Source: Planctomycetota bacterium (GTDB lineage: Bacteria; Planctomycetota; PLA2; JAEUHO01). From it: a DNA stretch of 64,000 nt. Shown piece by piece: positions 46,736 to 56,613 of this stretch (within the stretch, counting starts at the first letter, position 1; each line of letters begins with the position of its first letter). The notes beneath the pieces are model-generated. The model was not told the origin of the DNA, searched no databases, and was given only the letters and a program-made list of their open reading frames with translations. A program made the translations under genes and the position numbers. The stretch spans positions 288,001-352,000 of the forward strand of contig CBDCWP010000021.1 of NCBI GenBank assembly GCA_965223505.1. The letters are read 5' to 3'.

Positions 46736-48106
46736 TTATTTGCCGCCCCCGTCGTCCTTCGGATCCAAGGGGTCGCCGTCTTCGGCGCCGTCGTCCTCGT
46801 CGCCGCCCGCGTCGTTCTTGGGCTCCGGCTTCTCCGGCTCTTCGACGCGCAGCGCGTCACGCTCGAGCGTGGCGAGCTTCTCTTCCTTCGCGGTCACCTC
46901 GGCCTTGTGCTCGGAGGGCGCGTTCGTCGTCACGAGCGCGCCGTCGCGATAGACGAGCACCTTGACGATCTCGACGGGCACCTGCAAGAAGTCGAGCACG
47001 CCGCGCAGCTCGCCGGTGTCGCTGCTGACCTCGGGATCCGACCGCCAGATCTTGGACGACCAGATGCGATCGAGCGTCTCCAGCGACGCATCGTCGATGA
47101 GCTTGCCGACGGGCGTGAAGTCGTAGTCGAGGCTCGGGGACGGCCGACGGCAAACGATGAACTGGGACGGGTGGTCGTACTCGGTCGCGTCGCCGTGCCA
47201 GGCGGACACGATGCCTCGATCGTGGGGGATGCGGTTGCGGGACTCCTCGAGCAGCAAGCTGCCCTGATCCTTGTCCTTGGTGAACTCGATGTGCTGGGTG
47301 GCGTTGAAGGCCTCGGCGCCGCGCGTCGTCTGCGCCCCTGCGCGCAGCCAGTGCTCGAACGGCTCGACGTCGTCGCCCTGCTCGCGCTTCATGAAGAACG
47401 CCGTGCCGTCGTACTCGCCCGCGACAGCTCGCTCGAGAAACGCCTTCGTCCAGTTGGGCGCATCCGTTGCGTACAGGCGCAGGTGCAGATCACCCCGCGT
47501 GGTGCGAAGCACGACGGTCTCGGCGCCGTCCGGCTCCTTGGGCTTGGGCAGATGCTCCTGCTCCCAGGCCCGGTTCTCCTCGAGCCAGTGGATGAACTGG
47601 CGTGTCACGGTGGGGAACCCCGCCGGCTTGAAGTTGGCCCAGTTGAGCTGGAAGTCCGGGAAGTCGTCACGAATCTCCGTTAGGTGTTTGATCGCCTTCT
47701 CGTAGTGGGGCGAGCGCTTGTCGAAATCGAGCGTCGTCTTCATCGACAGGATGTGATCGGCGAGCGTGCGCGCGAGGCGCCAGCGCACGTGCGGCTCGAG
47801 GGCGTCCGGCAGCGTCTTCGCCTGCTCTTCGAGGAACTTCTCGAGGTTGCGGACATAGCGCTCGCGCTGTTCGCCGTAGATGCCGTACGGATCCTGGAAG
47901 ATCGGATCCTGCATCTGGTCCGGCTCGTACTTCTCGCGCAGCGCCGCGTACTTGTCCCAGCGCTCGGCAGCCGCCTCTTCTTCGATCTCCTGGAACAGGA
48001 GAAAGCCCACGACGCCGGCCGCGACGACGACCAGGCCGATCGCGGTCCACTTGATCTTCTTGGCTTGGGAGGCCTTGGCCTCCGCCGCGCCCTGCTCGGA
48101 CTGCAT
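46736..48106 (-). CDS. Membrane-anchored protein with a divergent cyclophilin-type PPIase domain
   Basis: N-terminal TM; VVLRTTRGDLHLRLY..DAP....FL..A..GEYDGT.F, H.RGIVSA and SQFIV...P.LD..FTPVGK. Confidence 0.7.
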   Translation of the reverse strand: MQSEQGAAEAKASQAKKIKWTAIGLVVVAAGVVGFLLFQEIEEEAAAERWDKYAALREKYEPDQMQDPIFQDPYGIYGEQRERYVRNLEKFLEEQAKTLPDALEPHVRWRLARTLADHILSMKTTLDFDKRSPHYEKAIKHLTEIRDDFPDFQLNWANFKPAGFPTVTRQFIHWLEENRAWEQEHLPKPKEPDGAETVVLRTTRGDLHLRLYATDAPNWTKAFLERAVAGEYDGTAFFMKREQGDDVEPFEHWLRAGAQTTRGAEAFNATQHIEFTKDKDQGSLLLEESRNRIPHDRGIVSAWHGDATEYDHPSQFIVCRRPSPSLDYDFTPVGKLIDDASLETLDRIWSSKIWRSDPEVSSDTGELRGVLDFLQVPVEIVKVLVYRDGALVTTNAPSEHKAEVTAKEEKLATLERDALRVEEPEKPEPKNDAGGDEDDGAEDGDPLDPKDDGGGK

Positions 48107-48111
48107 GGGGA

Positions 48112-49359
48112 CTACGCTCCTGCGGGCGCCGTGGAGCTGTCACGCTCCCGGTCCGCCACGGTGTTCGGATGGTCGGGGAGCGGGATGAACGAGTGGAGGT
48201 GCTCCAGGTTTCCCGCGCCCTTGATGACGTTGCGTGCGACCACGACCCGTTGGATCTGGTTCGTACCTTCGTAGATCTGCGTGATCTTGGCGTCGCGCAT
48301 GTACTTCTCGATGGGGTAGTCGCGCATGTAGCCGTAGCCGCCGAAGAGTTGGACGGCGTCGGTCGTCACGCGCATGGCGACGTCGGTCGCGAACAGCTTG
48401 CACTGGGCGGCCAGCTTCGTGACGTTCTTCACGCCTGCGTCCGCCGCGCGCGCGGCCGTGTAGACGAGCTGGCGCGCCGCCTCGACCTGGGTCGACATGT
48501 CGGCGAGCATGCCCTGGATCATCTGGAAGTTGGCGATCGACTGCCCGAACTGCTCGCGCTTCATCGTGTACGCCGTGGCGTAGTCGAGCGCCCCCTGGGC
48601 CAGGCCCATGGCCTGCGCCGCGACGCCGGGCCGGGCGTTGTCCAGCGTCATCATCGCGTGCTTGAAGCCCATGCCGGCGCGGCCGCCCAGCAGGCGGTCC
48701 TTCGGGACGCGGACGTCGCGGAAGTGGGTCTCGACGACCGGCACGCAGCGGATGCCCATCTTGTCTTCCGAGCGGCCGATGGTGAATCCGTCATCGCCCT
48801 TCTCGACGATGATCGCGCTGATGCGCCGGCTGCGCGACGTGGGGTCGGTCACGGCGAACACGCTGTAGAGATCCGCCGCGCCGCCGTTGGTCGTCCACTT
48901 CTTGTCGCCGTTCACGACCCAGTGGTCGCCGTCCTCTTCGGCGCTCGTGCTCAGGCCGCCGGCGTCGCTGCCGGCGCCGCGCTCCGAGAGGCAGAAGGCG
49001 CACAGCTTCTCCCCGGCTGCGATCTGCGGCAGGTACTTCTGCTTCTGTTCTTCCGTCCCGCCCAGGAGGATCGGAAACGATCCCAACGCATTGACCGCGA
49101 AGAGCACGCCGACGCCGCCGCAAACGCGGGAGAGTTCTTCGACGACGACGCACAGGTCGAGGACGCTGCCGCCGCTGCCGCCGTAGTTCTCGGGAATCCA
49201 GACGCCGAACAGCCCGGCGTCACGCAAGGCTTCGAGGAACTCCCACGGGTATTCCTGAATCCGGTCGTAGTGCGCGGCGCGCGGGCGGATGACGCGTTCG
49301 GCGACCTCGCGTGCCCGCTCTTTCCATTCGACGGTCTCTTGGCTCAGCAGCTCGTCCAA
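48112..49359 (-). CDS. Acyl-CoA dehydrogenase
   Basis: AFCLSERGAGSD, NGDKKWTTNGG, KMGIR, REQFG, QLFGGYGY and KITQIYEGTNQIQR. Confidence 0.95.
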   Translation of the reverse strand: MDELLSQETVEWKERAREVAERVIRPRAAHYDRIQEYPWEFLEALRDAGLFGVWIPENYGGSGGSVLDLCVVVEELSRVCGGVGVLFAVNALGSFPILLGGTEEQKQKYLPQIAAGEKLCAFCLSERGAGSDAGGLSTSAEEDGDHWVVNGDKKWTTNGGAADLYSVFAVTDPTSRSRRISAIIVEKGDDGFTIGRSEDKMGIRCVPVVETHFRDVRVPKDRLLGGRAGMGFKHAMMTLDNARPGVAAQAMGLAQGALDYATAYTMKREQFGQSIANFQMIQGMLADMSTQVEAARQLVYTAARAADAGVKNVTKLAAQCKLFATDVAMRVTTDAVQLFGGYGYMRDYPIEKYMRDAKITQIYEGTNQIQRVVVARNVIKGAGNLEHLHSFIPLPDHPNTVADRERDSSTAPAGA

Positions 49360-49686
49360 AGGGACACCTCCCGATCCGGCGGCTGGCAGAACGAGCCGCG
49401 GCTGTCACGTGACCTGCCAGACAGGTCCATTGAGAGGCGCGTGAGTATAGGAGGGCGCGCGGCCTGGCCCCAGGCGAGCAGGGGGTGCTGGAACGCTGGG
49501 AATTCGGCGCCGCACGGCCCCTACAGGCCGTACGGCGACGGTAGGGCGCCTCGACCGAGGCGCTCGGAAGAGATGGGCGCGGCCCGGCCGCTCTCGGGAA
49601 CGGGCGGCCGGATCACCCGAAGTGGGGGCGGTCAGACGCTCGGAGTCAAGCGCCGGGTCCTAGGGCCTCTCTTCTCGTTCGGCGAG

Positions 49687-50097
49687 TCAGGCGGCCGTCG
49701 CGGCCGGAAGCCGCTGCCGCTTGCTGAAGCCCTCTTCGAGGTGGTGCCAGTAACGCACTTCGCTTTCGCCGCGTCGCCAACACAGATAGACGATCTCGCC
49801 GTCGACGTCGCCGTAGAAGTCGATCCCGCCGTTCTCATAGTCCTTGACCGTGGCGCCGAGGGACTCGACCTCCTCGATCAGGTTCTGGAATCGGTCGAGA
49901 ACCCTGGCGACGTCCTCGTCGCGCCTGCGCAGCTCGAGCTCACGGTTGGCGTCGTTCTCGCCACGAGCCTTTTCGGCCTCGAAGGCCTGCAGAGCGCGGT
50001 TGACGTCCGCGTAGGTGTCCACGATGTCATCCGCAATTCGGGATACGAGGGGCAACATGCGGTTGGCCTCGTCAGGGGTGAAGATCTTGCCTTTCAT
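49687..50097 (-). CDS. DUF2203-like protein
   Basis: FTPDEANRMLP...VKD...G.IDF......VYLCW..GE..V.YWH..EEGF..R pattern. Confidence 0.75.
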   Translation of the reverse strand: MKGKIFTPDEANRMLPLVSRIADDIVDTYADVNRALQAFEAEKARGENDANRELELRRRDEDVARVLDRFQNLIEEVESLGATVKDYENGGIDFYGDVDGEIVYLCWRRGESEVRYWHHLEEGFSKRQRLPAATAA

Positions 50098-50706
50098 GGC
50101 TGTGCTCCAGGTGGACGACCGTGGAACCGCAAGATCCGTACCGGAGAGTGCGGCAGAATCGGCCGCCATGACCATGGCGGGCCGACCTGGCCACGAAGGC
50201 CGTGCAATGGGGCTCTCGCCCCGCCACGACCAACTCCGTGGGGTCGGACGTACGGAAGCCTTGCGGGCTCCTCACTTGTTTAGACGTATCCGTGGGCTCG
50301 CCGGATACGGAATTTCGTGTTTTGTTCGCATCCCCTGTCCAGGTTCGACGAAGCGCTTGGCACGCGGCGGTAACGACGTAACCCCCGTTGCCACAGAACC
50401 CTACGCTCGCGGGGTGGCCCTGTTTGGGTTGGGCAAAATGTGTGCAAGACACCTGGCCGACCCCGGCGCAGGTACGCGTGGTCCCCGATCGAGGACACCC
50501 AATTGATCGTTTCGTGCGGTCTCGCGCCCGCGCATCGAGCGAAGTTGGGCGTGCGGATCGGCACGGAGCCCCGTTCGACCGGGAAACCCCCGGCGGTGAG
50601 CTTGGACCCTGCCCCGGCGAACCCTATGTTCTTGGGTTCGCTTGTGTTTCGCCGCCCCTTGGTGGGGGCGCGGGGCGCGGCACGCCGGTTAGGGAGAGCC
50701 CCCGTA

Positions 50707-51711
50707 GTGGACGACAAACTCCGCTCCATCCAAGAGTACGTCTATGCCAAGTACATCGAAGGCAGCGGTGCGCCTCCGATCGACGAGGTGGACGCCGTCG
50801 CGTACCTCGAGCAGTACTTCGCGCACGAGGACCGCGCCAACGACCCCGACTGCTTCTATGTCGGGATCATCTGCTTCGAGCTCGGCTACGAGATGGAAGA
50901 GCGCCAAGAGGAGTTCTTCCGGAAGGCGAAGTACTACCTCGAGCGCCACCGCGCGCTGACCGGCGAAGAGTGGGACGCGATCGACGACCGTCTGCTCGAC
51001 CTCGACGAGTACTTCGCCGAACGCGGCATCGAAGTCGAGTCGGCGCCGTTGCCCGAGCAGGCCGAGCCGCCGATGGCGCCCGTGGGCGTCAAGGAGATCG
51101 AAGATCACGGGCCGATGATGTTGGTCGCCGGTGGCAGCTTTCTCTTCGGCCCCGAGAACCAGAAGGTCAACGAGCCCGCGTTCTACATCGACAAGTTCCC
51201 CGTCACGAACCGCGAGTACGAAGCGTTTTGTCGCGCAACCGGCTATCGCTTTCCGAAGTACTGGGGCGACAAGCGATTCAACAACCCCGAAGCGCCCGTC
51301 GTCGGCGTGAGCGTTGCCGACGCGCAGAAGTTCAGCCGCTGGGTCGGCAAGCAGCTGCCGTCGGAAGCGCAGTGGGAAAAGGCGTGTCGAGGCATCGATG
51401 GACGGGTCTACCCGTGGGGCGATGACGACGTGACCGACGAGCGCGCGTGCCACGGACAAGATCCGGCGGAAGGCGGAACGCACCCCGTCACCGACACGAC
51501 GGAATCCGACAGCCCCTACGGCGTTCGGGATCTCGTCGGCAACGTGTGGGAGTGGACGTCGTCCACGCTCAACGACATCGAGACGGTCAACGTGATCAAG
51601 GGCGGTTGCTACAACGATCCGCCCGGGCTGCTGGTCTCGCACCTTCGGCTGGAAGCGGTGCCGAAGGACAAGTTCGAGACCATCGGCTTTCGGTGCGTGA
51701 AGAGCGCTTGA
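50707..51711 (+). CDS. Formylglycine-generating-enzyme (FGE/SUMF1) fold protein with an N-terminal helical domain
   Basis: FYIDKFPVTN..Y, PVVGVS, LPSEAQWEKACRG, YPWG, DLVGNVWEW and IGFRC; GTG start after GGGAGAG. Confidence 0.85.
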   Translation: MDDKLRSIQEYVYAKYIEGSGAPPIDEVDAVAYLEQYFAHEDRANDPDCFYVGIICFELGYEMEERQEEFFRKAKYYLERHRALTGEEWDAIDDRLLDLDEYFAERGIEVESAPLPEQAEPPMAPVGVKEIEDHGPMMLVAGGSFLFGPENQKVNEPAFYIDKFPVTNREYEAFCRATGYRFPKYWGDKRFNNPEAPVVGVSVADAQKFSRWVGKQLPSEAQWEKACRGIDGRVYPWGDDDVTDERACHGQDPAEGGTHPVTDTTESDSPYGVRDLVGNVWEWTSSTLNDIETVNVIKGGCYNDPPGLLVSHLRLEAVPKDKFETIGFRCVKSA

Positions 51712-52598
51712 GCGCGCCCGGCCCCGTCGCGGTGGGGCTGATTCGACCGTTCACCCTGCTCGCGCCCGCGGTCGGCGTCGTGACCGGCGCGCTCGTCGCG
51801 AAAGGCGCAGGCGCCTCCGGTTGGCATTGGCCTCCGGTGGTTTGGGGTGTCGTGTCCGCCATGTTCGCCACGGCGGCGAGCAACACCTGGAACCAGGCGT
51901 TCGACGCGCCTCTCGATCGCATCAACAAGCCCCGGCGTCCCATTCCGGCGGGCCGCATCTCGGCGCGCAACGCGCTGGCGCTCGGCCACGCCATGGCCGC
52001 CGCGGCGCTCGTGTGCGGCTGGTTCGCGTCGGTGCCGTTCTTCGTCTGCGTCGCCGTGGGCGTCGTCGCCACGTGGATCTACAGCGCGCCGCCGCTGCGC
52101 ACGAAGCGCCTCGCGCTCGGCGCGCTGCTGACCATGGCGATCCCGCGTGGACTGCTCGTGCCGGTCGCCGGATGGGGCACGCTGGCGCCCGTCGACACGC
52201 CGGATCCGTGGGCGCTGGGCGCCGTGACCTTCCTCTTCGTGCTCGGCGCGTCGGCGACCAAGGACTTCGCCGACATCGAGGGCGACCGGGAGCACGGCTG
52301 CCGCACGCTCCCCGTCCTCCTGGGCCCGGCCCGGGCGGCGCGGCTCATTGCGCCGTTCTTGATCGTCCCGTTTCTGCTGTATCCGTTGTTCGCAGCTGCC
52401 GGGTGGCTGACGGCGCCCATGCTCCATGTGGGCGTGCTCGCAGGCGTGCTTTCGGCGCTGGGCGCGGCGGCGGCATTCGCTCTGCTGCGCGATCCCGCGG
52501 CGCTGGCGCGTCGCGGCGGCAATCACCCGGCGTGGGCGATGATGTACCTGCTCATGCTCGGCGCGCACGCCGGGAGCGCGCTCGCCTACAACGTCTGA
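51708..52598 (+). CDS. UbiA-family prenyltransferase
   Basis: LIRP.T, NQAFDAPLDRINKPRRPIPAG, YSAPPLR.K and KDFADIEGD..HG.RTLP; multiple TMs; TTGA overlap with the upstream gene. Confidence 0.88.
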   Translation: MSAPGPVAVGLIRPFTLLAPAVGVVTGALVAKGAGASGWHWPPVVWGVVSAMFATAASNTWNQAFDAPLDRINKPRRPIPAGRISARNALALGHAMAAAALVCGWFASVPFFVCVAVGVVATWIYSAPPLRTKRLALGALLTMAIPRGLLVPVAGWGTLAPVDTPDPWALGAVTFLFVLGASATKDFADIEGDREHGCRTLPVLLGPARAARLIAPFLIVPFLLYPLFAAAGWLTAPMLHVGVLAGVLSALGAAAAFALLRDPAALARRGGNHPAWAMMYLLMLGAHAGSALAYNV

Positions 52599-52626
52599 TC
52601 GAACGACCCGTCGACCAGGGGCGCCA

Positions 52627-54414
52627 CTACTCCTTGCCCAGGCGCTCGAGTACGAAGTTCAGCGCCAGGCGCTGGGACGCGATCGTCCCCGAGAGGTTGC
52701 CCGCTTCCTGGAAGTAGTGCCCCATGGCATGCAGCACGCGTCCGTTGCCGTGTTCGAAGGTCACGACGACCGCGCCGTTGCCGCGCAACAACACGTCGCG
52801 CAGGTACGCGCTTTCGATCAGGACCTTGACCTTCTTCTCGTTCTTGATGAGCACGTCGTACGAGGACTGCTCGAGCCACCAGCGCGCCTTGGCCGTTCGC
52901 AGGAACACGCCCTTCAACAGCGGGTCGTTCTCCCGGCCCTTTGCCGGCGCGATGTCGATGATGTACTCCTTCGCGAGCGGTGCCGTCGATCCGCGCGTGC
53001 GCACGTAGCCCGGCAACGCGTGCACGAGCACGTGATCGATGCCCCAGTCCGTCGTGAAGAGGTAGCCGCCGTTCTTGACGAAATCGCGAACTCGTTTCGC
53101 GATGCGCTTCGTATGACGCGGCGGTAGCGCCTCGCCGCAGTTCCAGAAGAGGCACTTGTAGTCCTCGAAGTCGACCGCCTGCTTCGAGATCAGGTGATAC
53201 GGATCCTTCTTCGTGTACGGGAGCTCGAGCGCATCGAGCACCTTGTGCATGTGATCGAAGGCGCCGCTGATGACGAGAATGTCCTTCTTCTTGATGCGCT
53301 TGAGGTAGTCGCCGCGTCCCGCGCCGCCGCGGCCGACCAGTGACCGCACGATGTCCGCGGCGCGTTTATTGACCGCGTCCTTGCTGCCGTCGGTGAACTT
53401 CTTCTCGAGGTCGGCCTGTTTCGGCACGTTCGGCTGCACCGGCTTGCTGCGCGGCCGGAGCAACAGATGCCGCGGCGCGAGCCCGATGTCGACCGGCTGC
53501 ATTTTGTCCAGCGGTCCGTCGGGTTCGGGCAACGGCGGGTCGTCGCGATCCGACTCGAGCTTCTGGTCGAGCGGGCTGGGCTCGTCCGGGATCTCGGGCG
53601 TCTCGGGGAGCTCCGAGTCCTCGGTGAGCATCTCCGGCAGCGACTCGTGCGGCTCCTCGAACCCGACGTCGTCGTCCGGCGAAACCATGGCCGCCTTGAA
53701 CGAGTGGCTCTTGCCGTCGTTCGCGGGACCTTGATTGGTGGGGATCAACATCAGGATGACGAAGATCAGCGCGTGGACGGCGCAAGAGATCATGAAGAAC
53801 GGCGCGCGTTTGAGCTGCTGGTAGAGCTCGTCGCCGAAGTTCTGCTGCCGGGCCATCAAGCGCGTCACGGCCTCGCTGTGCTCGCTCGTCTCCGTGGTCG
53901 CGGCTGCGGCCGCGGCGGGGGCCGTGGGCTGGGTCTGCTTGGCAGGCCGCTTCTTGGGTTGCGGCTTGTCGGCCCTCGGAAGCGTGGGCGTCTGCCGCGC
54001 GGTGGGGCCGGCGGTCGTCGACGCCGCCGTGGGGGCGTCTGCGCGCCGCGGGGCCCGGCGCGTCTCGGGCTCCTTGACCTCGAACGTGGCGGCCGGGGCG
54101 CCCTCGTCATACCCGCCGAACACGGGCGCTGCATCCGCCCCCGGCTCCTGGGGCAGCATGCCGGCGAGCTGAATCCGGGCGTTCCCGACGGCGATGGCAT
54201 CGCCGACCCGAAGGCGGCGCTGCAGCCCCGCGGCCCCGTCGAGCTGGTCGATCAGCACGGTCGAGCCCTCGCGCCGCAGCGCCAGCTCGCGCCGGCCCCA
54301 GCCGGCGTCGGCGAGCGTGAAGTCCGCAGTCGGATCCGAGCCGAGCAGCAGCTCGCGCTTCTCGGTCCGAATCTCGTGCGTCTCGCTTCCGACGGTGATG
54401 CGCAGGACGATCAA
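52627..54414 (-). CDS. Single-pass membrane protein: FHA-like N-terminus, Pro-rich linkers, C-terminal class-I GATase-like domain
   Basis: ELLLGS...ADFTL and LRVGDAIAVG (FHA-like); TM SCAVHALIFVIL; FVKNGGYLFTTDW; TTG start with GGAG RBS. Confidence 0.6.
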   Translation of the reverse strand: MIVLRITVGSETHEIRTEKRELLLGSDPTADFTLADAGWGRRELALRREGSTVLIDQLDGAAGLQRRLRVGDAIAVGNARIQLAGMLPQEPGADAAPVFGGYDEGAPAATFEVKEPETRRAPRRADAPTAASTTAGPTARQTPTLPRADKPQPKKRPAKQTQPTAPAAAAAATTETSEHSEAVTRLMARQQNFGDELYQQLKRAPFFMISCAVHALIFVILMLIPTNQGPANDGKSHSFKAAMVSPDDDVGFEEPHESLPEMLTEDSELPETPEIPDEPSPLDQKLESDRDDPPLPEPDGPLDKMQPVDIGLAPRHLLLRPRSKPVQPNVPKQADLEKKFTDGSKDAVNKRAADIVRSLVGRGGAGRGDYLKRIKKKDILVISGAFDHMHKVLDALELPYTKKDPYHLISKQAVDFEDYKCLFWNCGEALPPRHTKRIAKRVRDFVKNGGYLFTTDWGIDHVLVHALPGYVRTRGSTAPLAKEYIIDIAPAKGRENDPLLKGVFLRTAKARWWLEQSSYDVLIKNEKKVKVLIESAYLRDVLLRGNGAVVVTFEHGNGRVLHAMGHYFQEAGNLSGTIASQRLALNFVLERLGKE

Positions 54415-54589
54415 GCTGGACGAGCTCCCCGCACCCTTGGATCGGCAGCGGGCCTGTGCGGCGAAAGTGACGCCGCTGCCATTCCTATTGAACGCACCAA
54501 AGCGTAGCAAGGCTGCAGCGAGCCCCGAGATTCACGCAATTCCCCGTCGACCCGGCCTCGCAGGCCGGGGCCTGGGGCCTTCGGCCCCG

Positions 54590-55663
54590 TCAGCTCCGGC
54601 GGCGTCCCAGGTCCGCCAAACCGCCGATGAACGGCAGGATGAACGCGTAGTGCCGGCTCCAGAGGGTGTAGCCGGCCGCCTCGAGCCCCCCCTGATGCGG
54701 CGTCAACGTCAGGAAATACGGCTGTCCGCGGCCGTGGTGATAGACCGCCAGGACGACGCCGATGACGACGGCGAACATCAGGAACGCCGCCAGATGGCCG
54801 GTCCAGCGGCCGCATCCCAGCAATCCCATGACGCCGAGCGCGAAGACGAACAGCATCATCGTCTGGGGAATCGAGGCGAGGAGCACGTCCAGGCGCAGCC
54901 AGAAACCGCGCGGGAGCCAGCTCTGCAGCGTGGGGTGCACGTAGTACGTGTACGCCTCGTTCGAGCTCAGGGTCACCGGTAGATCGATGTAGGAATCGAT
55001 CGTTCCGAACGCCTGACAGCGGTACGCCGTCGGATCTTCGCCCGCGGCTTGCAGCGTCGAGCTCGGCAGCGGCATGAAGAGCAGGCTTGCCAGCAGACAC
55101 AAGACGAGCAGCAACACGAGGCGCGAAGACGAACCCTCCGGGTTCCGCATGAGCAGCGCGCCCGCCGTCAGTGTGCCGGTGAGCGCGAAGAGCAAGATGT
55201 AGAGCTCGTCGCCGGATGGGGTGAACGCGACGAAGGCGAGCGCGCCCCAGATCGTCGCCCACGTGCCGCGCGAGCGGCCGGCCGGAAGAAACGCCGCCGT
55301 CAGGAACGCGATGGCGATCAGGCTCAGGCCCACGCAGATGCCGTGCGGCCGTGTCCAGCCCAGCTCGAAGTTGCCGTCGGCGCCTTGGAAGACCTCCCAT
55401 GGCCAGCCCATGTTCTCCGCTCCGAGGACGCGGTGCGCGAAGTCGGGATTGAACTGCGCGAAGAGCGCGAAGGTCGTCAGCAGGAATCCGCACCCGTAGT
55501 AGAAGCGCGGCGCGGCGAACGGCGCCGCGATCGCGCCGAACACCCTGCGGGTCCGTCCACGTTCATCGTCCGCGGCGCCCTCGCCGCCGTCCATCGTCGT
55601 CGCGGGCTGGAACGGCTCCGTGCCGACACTCGGTTCCAGGTCGAAGGGACTCGTGCCCGTCAT
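54590..55663 (-). CDS. Polytopic membrane protein of unknown function
   Basis: 357 aa with multiple TMs and an NPDF...NMGWPWEVF motif. Confidence 0.7.
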   Translation of the reverse strand: MTGTSPFDLEPSVGTEPFQPATTMDGGEGAADDERGRTRRVFGAIAAPFAAPRFYYGCGFLLTTFALFAQFNPDFAHRVLGAENMGWPWEVFQGADGNFELGWTRPHGICVGLSLIAIAFLTAAFLPAGRSRGTWATIWGALAFVAFTPSGDELYILLFALTGTLTAGALLMRNPEGSSSRLVLLLVLCLLASLLFMPLPSSTLQAAGEDPTAYRCQAFGTIDSYIDLPVTLSSNEAYTYYVHPTLQSWLPRGFWLRLDVLLASIPQTMMLFVFALGVMGLLGCGRWTGHLAAFLMFAVVIGVVLAVYHHGRGQPYFLTLTPHQGGLEAAGYTLWSRHYAFILPFIGGLADLGRRRS

Positions 55664-56562
55664 GCCTGCACCTCCGTGGGCACGCGCCGGCGAAGGTCGG
55701 AGAGGCCGAAGCAGCCGAGCAGGAAGAGCAGGACGCCGTGCTCGATCGAGGAGGACCAGAGCTGCCGGGCGAACGCCTGCACGTCCGGGTCCGGGCTCGT
55801 CGCCGTCTCGAAGATGTCGACCGCGAGGGGCATGACCATCGCGACGATGAGCACGACGAACGTCCAGAAGAGGAACGTCCTGCGCTTGAACCCGACGAAC
55901 GCCATGAACCCGACGATCGCCGCCCCGAACATCAACAGCTGCGGCGCAATGACCTTGGCGGCGTAGCGAGGGGAGTAGCCACGTTCGACGCCCAGGTCGT
56001 CACCCTGCACCCACATCTGCACGTCCTCGAAGAAGATCTTCAGTCGTGCTTGGTCCGGACCGACGTTCATCACCTCGAACCCGACGGCGTGCTGCACGAC
56101 GAGAAAGAACGCCCCGATTCCCGCCAGCACGCGGCCGCGTTCCCAGCCACCTTTGGTAGGCGCGGTCGCGAGCCCCGCGCCCAGCACGATCAACGCGGCG
56201 AACTCGCCGAGGTTGAACCGCTGAATCGTGAATCCCGCATGCGCACCCGAGCAGTGGACGATCAGGATGATCGCGAAGATCAGCACGCCCACCGCGCGAA
56301 GGTAGTACTGCCGGGTGAACGCCATGGCCAGCGCCCAGATGCCGGCGGCGACCCACATGAGAAACACGACCTTGACGAGCCAATCCGACGTCCCTCGGGC
56401 AAACATCTCCCACGGCCACATGTTGCCCTTTGCCCCGAAGGACGGGTTCGCAGTGAGGAACGTCGCGAAGATCATCAAGAAGCCCGTCACCGCCAGCGCC
56501 GGCGACGTGCGGTCGTCTTCCGGCTCGGTCATGACAGGCGGCGTTTCGAGCGGCTGCGACAT
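55660..56562 (-). CDS. Polytopic membrane protein of unknown function, probable paralog of the downstream gene
   Basis: 300 aa with multiple TMs and an NPSF...NMWPWEMF motif; ATGA overlap. Confidence 0.7.
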   Translation of the reverse strand: MSQPLETPPVMTEPEDDRTSPALAVTGFLMIFATFLTANPSFGAKGNMWPWEMFARGTSDWLVKVVFLMWVAAGIWALAMAFTRQYYLRAVGVLIFAIILIVHCSGAHAGFTIQRFNLGEFAALIVLGAGLATAPTKGGWERGRVLAGIGAFFLVVQHAVGFEVMNVGPDQARLKIFFEDVQMWVQGDDLGVERGYSPRYAAKVIAPQLLMFGAAIVGFMAFVGFKRRTFLFWTFVVLIVAMVMPLAVDIFETATSPDPDVQAFARQLWSSSIEHGVLLFLLGCFGLSDLRRRVPTEVQA

Positions 56563-56613
56563 GGAGCGTCATTTGAGCAAGCCCCTGCGGGCCCGCCAAG
56601 CGCATCCGGAGAA

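Noticed and set aside
50357..50375. TGGCACG as a sigma54 -24 box (also TGGCACAGGAGTGC near 3576)
   Set aside because: There is no GC at the required GG-N10-GC spacing in either case.
50420..50630. Possible c-di-GMP-I or cobalamin riboswitch (GGGCAAA..., GGGAA...GCCCC)
   Set aside because: Only fragments match; the conserved downstream elements are not found.
50707..51711. FGE/C-type-lectin-fold gene as the target of a diversity-generating retroelement
   Set aside because: I saw no reverse transcriptase and no template-repeat copy of its 3' end in the window.
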